DNA of 64,000 nucleotides, from NCBI GenBank assembly GCA_910578825.1, contig CAJTSB010000014.1:5783-69782 (forward strand). The letters are read 5' to 3'. Shown piece by piece: positions 1 to 7,531 of this stretch (positions are counted from its first letter, which is position 1; each line of letters opens with the position of its first letter). Position numbers and translations under genes: made by a program. The stretch comes from an uncultured Lachnospiraceae bacterium. GTDB lineage: Bacteria; Bacillota; Clostridia; Lachnospirales; Lachnospiraceae. Under the pieces are notes generated by a model that worked only from the letters and a program-made list of their open reading frames with translations, did no database searches and was not told the origin of the DNA.

Positions 1-834
1 AGCCGTAGGTTTCTCCTTTCCGCCCACAGATTTTCCCACAAAAACGGCTGCCAGGGCCGACATCAGATAATTATCACAGCCACACAGCTGCGCCGCCGTG
101 TTCCTTGAACATACAACCATAGCTCCAACTGCAATAAATACAGCCGTAATCATTCCCGCCAGAAAACGATATCTGCCTACATGGATTCCGGAGAGGGCTG
201 CCGCCGTCTTATTTGAGCCTATCGCATAGAGAAAGGTTCCCTGTTTCGTATGTTGTAGAAAAATATGTGCGAAAATTACGGAGGCAAACATAATCAGAAT
301 AATATACGGCGCCTGTCCAATTGCCACAAATCCTGCCTCAAAGAACGTCCGCCTGGGCATCGCTCCATTGGGAAGCGCCATCCCGGCAGAAATCGCTCCG
401 CCGCCTGTAAACCATTGTCCCAATCCCTGATGAACAAACATCAATGCACAGGTTGCCAGCATATCGGGTATTTTACAGACAAGAATCAAAAACAGCGTAA
501 AAAGATAGGCGATCATGGTAAATATCACACAGATAACCGCCGATAATGGAAGGCTCAATCCATACCAGAGGTAACATGCCATGAACACATACCCGGAACA
601 GCTTGCCAGGGTACAGGCGGACATATCAAATCCGTCACAGGCAAGCGTTACCGTCAGAGCAATTGCCAGAATCGTTGTAATAGACATGGCACGCAAAATA
701 TTCGTGAGATTTGCGGAAGAGAAAAAGGACAGCCCCATAATTGCTGTGAAAAAAATGATGCTTATCATAATTGCGATGACTGCCGACCAGTCCAGAAGGA
801 ATGCTCCCACCCTTTTCCTTTGCATTTTATCCAT
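1..834 (-). CDS. Sugar ABC transporter permease (RbsC/AraH type), C-terminal part cut by window edge
   Basis: Not in the ORF track because it runs off the window. My reverse-strand translation from the ATG at 834 gives MDKMQRKRVGAFLLDWSAVIAIMISIIFFTAIMGLSFFSSANLTNILRAMSITTILAIALTVTLACDGFDMSACTLAS..., a hydrophobic multi-pass sequence. GFDMS resembles the GIDLS motif of ribose-type permeases. The ATG overlaps the stop (827-829) of the upstream ATPase gene. Confidence 0.7.
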   Translation of the reverse strand, partial: MDKMQRKRVGAFLLDWSAVIAIMISIIFFTAIMGLSFFSSANLTNILRAMSITTILAIALTVTLACDGFDMSACTLASCSGYVFMACYLWYGLSLPLSAVICVIFTMIAYLFTLFLILVCKIPDMLATCALMFVHQGLGQWFTGGGAISAGMALPNGAMPRRTFFEAGFVAIGQAPYIILIMFASVIFAHIFLQHTKQGTFLYAIGSNKTAAALSGIHVGRYRFLAGMITAVFIAVGAMVVCSRNTAAQLCGCDNYLMSALAAVFVGKSVGGKEKPTA

Positions 835-2350
835 GATTTCCTCCAATCATATCGTACATAATTTCCTGTTCCTCCGTTTCAGCCGTCTTTCGCTCGGCGG
901 TAATTTGACCGTTATATAGCGTATAGAGCCTGTCGGTAATGGCAAGAAGTTCCGAAATGTCGCTGGAAACGTAAAGTACCGCGGCGCCTTTTTTTGCCAG
1001 CGATTTTATCATCCTGAAGATTTCCTGTTTTGCTCCCACGTCAATCCCCTGCATGGGCTCATCCAGAATATAAATATCACAATCCGCCTCTATCCATTTT
1101 CCTATGATCACCTTCTGCTGATTTCCTCCAGAGAGAAATTGTATCTGCTGTTTCTCATCCCTGCATGAGACAAGAAGTTCCTTGATGGCAGCACGCGCAC
1201 GAGCCCCCATCGCCGTTTTATGCAGGATGGAACAGGTACAGAATTTCGCCAGACATGCGACGCATAAGTGGAACGTTATACTCTCAGAAGGACAGATTCC
1301 TTCTTTCCGGCGTTCCTCTGGAACCAGCGCAATTCTATGCCTTACCGCATCTGTGGGATTCTTTAAGATAACCTCTTTCCCATTTATTTTTATTACTCCC
1401 GCACTCTTTTTTTCTGCACCGAACACGGTCTTGCAAATCTCTGTCTTTCCGGCTCCGACAAGACCTGCCAGCCCCACAATTTCCCCTTTTCTCACATAAA
1501 AAGAGACCTGTTTTAAGCTGTTCTTCTGGTCACACAATCCGGACACTTCAAGCATTACAGGATTTTCCCTTATATCGGAATGTTCCCCGGACGCATCCTC
1601 ACGTCCATCCGCCACGCGCCCCAGCATCTTTTCCACAATCTTTTCCGTTCTGGTATGTTCCGTAACCGGAAACTCATCGGTAATCCTGCCAAAACGCATA
1701 ACGCTGCAGCTTTCACATACGCTTAAAATTTCTCCAATTCTATGTGAAATAAATACCACAGCTGTATGCTCTTCCTTTGCCAGCCTTCGAATAAACTGAA
1801 ACAGTTTTTGCGTCTCCGCCATACTGAGCGACGCCGTCGGTTCATCCAAAATCAGGAGCCTGCATTTCTTATGCACCTCTTTTGCAATCAGCAAAAGCTG
1901 TTTTTGCGCTAATGTCAAATTCTTTGCCAACATCCCCGGCTGCAGCTCAATGCCAAGTTCCTTCAAAATCGCCTCCGCCTGCCGCCTTAACGCTTTCCGA
2001 CGATAGATCATATGGTTATCGCTTGCCACATCATCCATCAAAAGATTTTCAAAAACAGTAAAATCCGGCAAAATTGCCGAATCTACCTCCTGGTGTACAA
2101 TTCCAATTCCCAGTTTCAACGCCTCCGCGGGCGTTTTCAATTCTACGCTTTTTCCATTCACGCAGATTTCTCCGCTCCAGGAAGGATACACGCCGGAAAG
2201 CACCTTCATAAGCGTTGACTTTCCGGCTCCGTTTGTACCCACCACTGCGCGGATTTCTCCGGAATGTATGGTAAAGTTTACCCGGTCTAAAGCCAGAACA
2301 CCCGGGAACTCTATTGAAATATTCTTTGCAGTCATGATAAAAGGATCCAT
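827..2350 (-). CDS. Sugar ABC transporter ATP-binding protein, tandem NBDs (RbsA/MglA type)
   Basis: 507 aa. NBD1 has Walker A GTNGAGKST and Walker B LLILDEPT. NBD2 has Walker A GLVGAGKTE, signature LSGGNQQKV and Walker B IYILDEPMQG. Confidence 0.9.
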   Translation of the reverse strand: MDPFIMTAKNISIEFPGVLALDRVNFTIHSGEIRAVVGTNGAGKSTLMKVLSGVYPSWSGEICVNGKSVELKTPAEALKLGIGIVHQEVDSAILPDFTVFENLLMDDVASDNHMIYRRKALRRQAEAILKELGIELQPGMLAKNLTLAQKQLLLIAKEVHKKCRLLILDEPTASLSMAETQKLFQFIRRLAKEEHTAVVFISHRIGEILSVCESCSVMRFGRITDEFPVTEHTRTEKIVEKMLGRVADGREDASGEHSDIRENPVMLEVSGLCDQKNSLKQVSFYVRKGEIVGLAGLVGAGKTEICKTVFGAEKKSAGVIKINGKEVILKNPTDAVRHRIALVPEERRKEGICPSESITFHLCVACLAKFCTCSILHKTAMGARARAAIKELLVSCRDEKQQIQFLSGGNQQKVIIGKWIEADCDIYILDEPMQGIDVGAKQEIFRMIKSLAKKGAAVLYVSSDISELLAITDRLYTLYNGQITAERKTAETEEQEIMYDMIGGNHG

Positions 2351-2353
2351 ACT

Positions 2354-3475
2354 TTAATACCCGATGCATTCTCTGAGCCAATCATTGGTAACATAATTTT
2401 CCACTGCGCCATATTGTTCGGGCGCAACTTCATAAATATTTTCGATGGTAATACCTTCTTTGAGCATATCCTGTGTAATCAAAGACGCCGGCATCTCTAT
2501 GTAATCCGTAGCCTCATCCGTTCCCGGAGCTTTGATATCATCGTAATCACCGTTCAACTCCATGGCAAGAATCCGCATTCCCTGTTCCCCGTTTGCCTTA
2601 AAATCCGTACAGGCACAGGCTTTCCACTGCGAATCCTTCTCTGACATATACTGAATATCCATATTGCAGATATCTACGGATACCAGCGGAATCTTCTTTG
2701 CAGATTCCTTGAGCGCCTGATAACATCCCTGGGCATAAGCATCATAGGCAACCCATATGGCATCCACATCCTCTTCCTCGTATTTCATCAGAGTTGCGCT
2801 CATTACATCATGCATAGATGATGTGGCATTGCTGTAATCCGTAGGACCAATCACTTCCAGCGTACGGATTTTACCACTCTTTTCATACTCCTGATATCCC
2901 GTTTCCCGCCGGTCAAACGCCGCAATATAATTGGGTCCGACCCAGACTTTGAGGATATTTACCTGCTCCTTTTGCGGGTATAACTCATCACAGACATACG
3001 CCAAAAGGCCAGTGGCAAACCCGGCGTCATCCTGAAAAAACTGCGTGACGCCTTCAATTTTCTGCGTCTCTCCCGCATCATCCCGAAACTGGGTATCGAA
3101 AGTTACAATCTTCAAATCTGGATAATCTTTCAGCAAATCCACCAAAAAGGTATAAGAATAATCCTGTCCTCCATGCGACAGATACAGACCATCATATCCC
3201 CCGGCGGCACATGTACTGATATAATTCTGAAAAGCCGTATCATCACCTTCTGAAAAAAACACGTCGCAGGTCATCCCCAGTTTTTTCGCTGTCTCCTTGC
3301 ACTGATTTGCGCAAAGCTGAAAAATTTCACTGGAAGACATATTCAGGATATATGCCACCTTCTTTCCTTTCACCGGAGAATTCCCTGTTTCTGCCATCGC
3401 GGCCTTCCCGCTCCCGCATCCACACAGGGAAAACAGCAGAAACACAATCATTCCCACTGAAACTAACCTTTTCAT
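2354..3475 (-). CDS. Sugar ABC transporter substrate-binding lipoprotein (type-1 periplasmic binding fold)
   Basis: 373 aa. It has a signal peptide plus lipobox (LFSLCGCGS). It lies 3 nt upstream of the ATPase gene in the same operon. The substrate is unknown. Confidence 0.75.
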   Translation of the reverse strand: MKRLVSVGMIVFLLFSLCGCGSGKAAMAETGNSPVKGKKVAYILNMSSSEIFQLCANQCKETAKKLGMTCDVFFSEGDDTAFQNYISTCAAGGYDGLYLSHGGQDYSYTFLVDLLKDYPDLKIVTFDTQFRDDAGETQKIEGVTQFFQDDAGFATGLLAYVCDELYPQKEQVNILKVWVGPNYIAAFDRRETGYQEYEKSGKIRTLEVIGPTDYSNATSSMHDVMSATLMKYEEEDVDAIWVAYDAYAQGCYQALKESAKKIPLVSVDICNMDIQYMSEKDSQWKACACTDFKANGEQGMRILAMELNGDYDDIKAPGTDEATDYIEMPASLITQDMLKEGITIENIYEVAPEQYGAVENYVTNDWLRECIGY

Positions 3476-3564
3476 TTTGAACCCTCCCTGTCCATAGAAT
3501 AATCTTTTTGCAGTTCCGTCATGGGAACACTCACTCTGGAATTGATAAATGGCATCGATACCTC

Positions 3565-4146
3565 CTAATCTCCAATATCCGTGTGCCCCTGCTCAAATTC
3601 CCACTGCAGACCATATTTATCAATAAAATAAAAATATTTTGTATTTCCAAGGATATCCGCCGCCTCCTGTTTTGCCTGCGGATTATTCTCCTTCTGTTTA
3701 TCAAAATAGTAGAAATCAGAAGGTTTCGTCTCACTAATCTGGTACACCCGATAGTCTTCCGTCGTGTTGATTAATGTCACGTCCGGCTGGGACTTTATAT
3801 ACTCGAATGCATCTTCAATATTCACTACTTTCAGGGCTACATGCCTTGCACCACTGATATCGTTTGCCTTAAAAAATACTGGTTCTCTTCGTCCTTTCGG
3901 GTTGTGGTAACACATCAGCTCAATCGTGAATTTCGTTCCGGGCACATCCATAAACCCAATCGAAACTTCCGCCTCTTTTGCCTCCTCTATAAATCCGCCT
4001 GCCTGAAAGAATCCCTCATTTTTCCAATGGGGAATGTGCTGATTGGGAACCGCCCCTAAAATTCTCTCATAATAGTTAAACGCTTCCTCCACATCGTCAA
4101 CAAAAATGCATACATGTGATAATCCTGTAAAAATCGGTCTCTTCAT
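3565..4146 (-). CDS. VOC family protein (glyoxalase / bleomycin-resistance / dioxygenase fold)
   Basis: 193 aa. LSHVCIFVDDVEEAFNYYERILG at the N-terminus and ARHVALKVVNIEDAF in the second half look like the paired beta-alpha-beta-beta-beta modules typical of VOC proteins. Confidence 0.65.
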   Translation of the reverse strand: MKRPIFTGLSHVCIFVDDVEEAFNYYERILGAVPNQHIPHWKNEGFFQAGGFIEEAKEAEVSIGFMDVPGTKFTIELMCYHNPKGRREPVFFKANDISGARHVALKVVNIEDAFEYIKSQPDVTLINTTEDYRVYQISETKPSDFYYFDKQKENNPQAKQEAADILGNTKYFYFIDKYGLQWEFEQGHTDIGD

Positions 4147-4158
4147 CTTTTTGCCTCC

Positions 4159-4350
4159 TTAAATAATTCCTCTGTCCCGGCACAATGCCTCAATGCTTCT
4201 GTCATAAGTTGCCTCCGCCTCTTTGGAAAAGAAACATCCTGGTACGCCCTCATTGTTATCCCTATGGTGGGCTACGCACTCACAGCATTTTCCATGCCTT
4301 GGGCAATCATAGGTACAGGGACAGTCTCTGTTGTTGTCACAAATCGCCAT
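4159..4350 (-). CDS. Small cysteine-rich protein (DUF6485-like)
   Basis: I moved the start to MAICDNN at 4350, which is preceded by AAAAGGAGAA. The sequence CDNNRDCPCTYDCPRHGKCCECVAHH has 7 Cys plus His within 26 aa and is probably a metal or Fe-S binding site. The family name is from memory. Confidence 0.55.
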   Translation of the reverse strand: MAICDNNRDCPCTYDCPRHGKCCECVAHHRDNNEGVPGCFFSKEAEATYDRSIEALCRDRGII

Positions 4351-4484
4351 TTTTTTCTCCTTTTTGTGTATCAATTATGTATCAATAAATATTATTTGAT
4401 CCTTTTAGATTCTATCACGTCATCCTTCTTTTGTAACCACATTGGCATAATTCGTATATTTTACGTCATAATTGTTTCATTTAA

Positions 4485-6068
4485 TTAGTTTTTGCTCTCT
4501 TCTCTCAGCCTCTTTAGATCCAGCATATCAAGACCTGCTGCCAGTTCCACAAGCTCCGTCTGTAGACAAAACAGATTTACCGCAGTGGTAAAAAATTCCA
4601 GTATTGCATTGAGGGCAATCGTAATCGCTATGGCTTCCATAGGAATTTTAAGCTGAACAAACAAAATCGTGTAGCAGGTCAGTGCGCCGCCAGGAACAGG
4701 AGGAGCCGCCACCGCAAGCACAATAGCAATGATAAAAGCTGTAACCAGCCACACCGGTGAAACCGCCACGCCATAGATTTCCGCCATGCAAAATCCCACC
4801 GCCAAAAACATGACGGATACTCCCGGCATAAAAATAACCTGCCCTAAAGAAACGCCGAAATTAACTATCCTTTTGTCAATCCCAAGATCTTTTTCACAGC
4901 ACTCCATATTCACCCCGAAAGCAGCAGAGGAAGACGCCGTAGTCAACGCAATCAAAAAGGTGGGCGCCATCTTTTTCAGCAGTATCCTGGGATGTACCTT
5001 CCTTCTCGTACACACGATCACAAGATACGCCGCCAGAAGAATCACATCTCCCATAAGCATTGCCAGAATCAGTTTATATGCAGGAAAAAATGCGGTAAAG
5101 TCATTTCCCAATATCATATTTAAGATGCTGCCGAATACAAACAGAGGCACAAAGGCTCCTACCGCCTCCATAATAAGTTGGACGATATAGTTGGACTGTT
5201 CCACAAAAGCCGCGGCAACCGTAGTTTTATTACCCAGCATCAGCATTGCCGTTCCGATCAAAACCGCAACAAAAATAATCTGTAGAGGATTCCCCTCTGT
5301 AAAGGGTGTAAAAAAGTTATCTGGAACAATGTCCAGAACCATCTGGAACAATTCGGAGAAATCAAACATACCTCCGCCTCCGACCTCAAAGGAAAAAAGC
5401 AGCATAGTTACCGCACAGGCAGGCAATGTCAGAAAGATGGTCATCAGCAGGAAACGACCAATCATCCTTTTCCCGATCCTGCCCATGGCAGCCATATCCC
5501 CGATACTGTATATTCCCCATATAACCGACAGAAACACCAACGGCCCTGCAATCGCCGACAAAAGTCCCATAAAGCGGTTAAATACAGGACTGATAAGATC
5601 ATTTACCAGAAATTCCCGAATGCCATCCGGCAGGAAACTGCACACCCCTCCGCACAAAACAGCCAGAACCACTGCCAGCACAAGTAAAACTATCTGGGAA
5701 CGCTCTTTCTTTTTCGGAGTAAATACAATCAGATTCCTGCCGTTTTTGTACTGCCAGGCAGGAACCACCCCCATATTGGCAAGCAGCCCCCGCAGTACCT
5801 CGCTCTGTTCTTCTTCTCCTGTGTCAAAAGGATCAAACCGCTCCCCTGTTATGGCAAGCTCCAGACGGACAGACTGAAAACGCCTGATGTATTTTTGCGC
5901 AAATACTGCCTCTGTGCCAAAAGTTTCCTGATATTTTAACAGCGTTTCCTCCAACGCAAGCCGGATTTGAAGAATATTTCTTGCATCCACGCCCCATTCC
6001 CTGAACGTTTCTTCCGCCAAATCAACTGTCTGTGCAATATTCTCATTACTAAGTTTTATCTTTTTCAC
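4485..6068 (-). CDS. Fusion protein: N-terminal degenerate GHKL (RsbW/SpoIIAB-like) domain + divergent DAACS/SDF-family (GltP-fold) symporter
   Basis: 527 aa. Residues ~125-527 carry the SDF hallmarks: HP1 TTASSSAAFGVNM, HP2 AAPPVPGGALT and TM8 NAILEFFTTAVN. Residues 1-122 align with the two other GHKL domains in the operon (see findings). The start lies 9 nt after the PP2C stop. Confidence 0.75.
   Translation of the reverse strand: MKKIKLSNENIAQTVDLAEETFREWGVDARNILQIRLALEETLLKYQETFGTEAVFAQKYIRRFQSVRLELAITGERFDPFDTGEEEQSEVLRGLLANMGVVPAWQYKNGRNLIVFTPKKKERSQIVLLVLAVVLAVLCGGVCSFLPDGIREFLVNDLISPVFNRFMGLLSAIAGPLVFLSVIWGIYSIGDMAAMGRIGKRMIGRFLLMTIFLTLPACAVTMLLFSFEVGGGGMFDFSELFQMVLDIVPDNFFTPFTEGNPLQIIFVAVLIGTAMLMLGNKTTVAAAFVEQSNYIVQLIMEAVGAFVPLFVFGSILNMILGNDFTAFFPAYKLILAMLMGDVILLAAYLVIVCTRRKVHPRILLKKMAPTFLIALTTASSSAAFGVNMECCEKDLGIDKRIVNFGVSLGQVIFMPGVSVMFLAVGFCMAEIYGVAVSPVWLVTAFIIAIVLAVAAPPVPGGALTCYTILFVQLKIPMEAIAITIALNAILEFFTTAVNLFCLQTELVELAAGLDMLDLKRLREESKN
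5703..6068 (-). other. Degenerate GHKL/anti-sigma-kinase-like domain (predicted pseudokinase) at the N-terminus of the symporter
   Basis: IRLALEETLLKYQETFG aligns with IDIAIDELFGNIAHYAY (the N-box Asn is replaced by Lys). ELAITGERFDPFD aligns with ITFIDNGTPYDPL (the G1 Asp is replaced by Thr). LRGLLANMG aligns with IGGLGIYMV (the G2 box is lost). The shared tail is YKNGRNLIVF versus YREGKNILKI. Confidence 0.6.
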
Positions 6069-6076
6069 TTCTCACA

Positions 6077-7516
6077 CTAACCTTTCATCCGTTTCCTATA
6101 TTCGAAACAAAGCATGGTAATGTCATCAAACTGCTCTGCACCGCCTACAAACGCATCAATATCCTTTTTTACGGCAGGAAGCAGCTCCGATGGCGGCAGC
6201 GACGCATTTGCGCAAAGCGCTTTCTCCAATCGTCCCATGCCATACAACTCGTTGTCCTTATTCATGGCCTCCGTCACGCCATCTGTATACTGGAAGAACT
6301 TATCCCCCACTTCAAGCTGCATGGAACCACATTTGTACTGTATGCCTTCTATGCCTGCAAGGACAAATCCTGCCCGTATCTCATAGGGTTCAAATACGCC
6401 ATTCTTTTTACAGATAAAGGGAATCTCATGACCTGCATTTACGAATCGGAATTCCCCCGTCACAAGATCCAATACACCCTCAAAGGCGGTGATAAACATT
6501 CCTTCGCTGTTTGATTCGCACAAAAGATCGTTTACCTCCGTGAACACCTCTCCCAGGTCTCTGCCTGACTGGGTGTGATCCTTAATCAGCGTTTTCCCGA
6601 TAACCATGAACAGCGCCGCAGGCACGCCCTTGCCAGACACATCCGCCGCCACAACGGCAAGGTGACGTTCATCCACCATAAAAAAATCATAAAAATCTCC
6701 GCCCACTTCCCTGGCAGGTTCCATGGCTGCAAACACGTCAAACTCCTCACGATCCGGAAAGGCAGGAAAAATACAGGGCAGCATGGACTGCTGAATATTG
6801 GTGGCAACATTCAGCTCCGCCGCAGTCTTCATGGTCTTTGCGCTCTGATTGATGGAATAAAAAATCATCCAAAATTCCACCACAAATATCAGACACACAG
6901 TAATGTACAGCAGAAAGAACCACGGAGTATTGGGATAAATCCCTACACCGTTTGACACAAGATTAATAAAATAAAAACCTACCACTGAGATAAACAACGC
7001 GGGAAGAAACACCATCATTTTCCCGCCTACCGCCTCAATGGTGCGATGTATGGTCTTTTTCAGGAAACAGGCATATAATATCGAAAATATGGTATAAACA
7101 AAAATCTTAATCAGGATAAAAAAAATCAGGTTCGGCGTATCATAGGGACTTTCCTTGATCAGTCCCAGGGCGGTGCCGAGAAATGTGTCGGTGGTTCCGC
7201 AGAACATAAAGGTACACACATTGGCGATCAGGCAGGCCATCAGGGAAATTGAAAGCTTGGTAGACCAACTGTCTTTGTACAAAAACTGCGGCACAATGCA
7301 TACAAGGGCGGAAAGTCCCAGTATCCCCACCGCGTCATTGTACAAATTAATGGAATAACTCACAAATGCCATGATATAGCCTATGACAGCCCCGATGGTC
7401 CAGAAAACAGCCCGGATTATCCCTTTATATTTCGGGGTAAGCGTAATCCCCGTCAGCAGTCCCGCAAAAACCGACGCCATAAAAACCGCAAAACTCCAAA
7501 GTGCAATTGATACCAT
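6077..7516 (-). CDS. Multi-pass membrane PP2C/SpoIIE-family serine phosphatase (RsbU-like)
   Basis: 479 aa. The N-terminal ~225 aa are very hydrophobic (about 7-8 TM segments). The C-terminal PPM domain has NIQQSMLP, GGDFYDF, ADVSGKGVPAAL, YTDGVTEA and FDDITMLCF, so all metal-binding Asp motifs are present. Confidence 0.85.
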   Translation of the reverse strand: MVSIALWSFAVFMASVFAGLLTGITLTPKYKGIIRAVFWTIGAVIGYIMAFVSYSINLYNDAVGILGLSALVCIVPQFLYKDSWSTKLSISLMACLIANVCTFMFCGTTDTFLGTALGLIKESPYDTPNLIFFILIKIFVYTIFSILYACFLKKTIHRTIEAVGGKMMVFLPALFISVVGFYFINLVSNGVGIYPNTPWFFLLYITVCLIFVVEFWMIFYSINQSAKTMKTAAELNVATNIQQSMLPCIFPAFPDREEFDVFAAMEPAREVGGDFYDFFMVDERHLAVVAADVSGKGVPAALFMVIGKTLIKDHTQSGRDLGEVFTEVNDLLCESNSEGMFITAFEGVLDLVTGEFRFVNAGHEIPFICKKNGVFEPYEIRAGFVLAGIEGIQYKCGSMQLEVGDKFFQYTDGVTEAMNKDNELYGMGRLEKALCANASLPPSELLPAVKKDIDAFVGGAEQFDDITMLCFEYRKRMKG

Positions 7517-7531
7517 TTAGCTTTTTCTCCT

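Noticed and set aside
5191-5877. Long plus-strand ORFs lie antisense to real genes (e.g. 5191-5877, 15347-16027, 22814-23467, 30896-31687, 41077-41883, 59844-60659).
   Set aside because: They lie fully inside well-supported minus-strand genes. They have skewed Ser/Arg/Pro/Cys-rich, low-complexity composition and no recognisable motifs or SD sequences. These are typical shadow ORFs.
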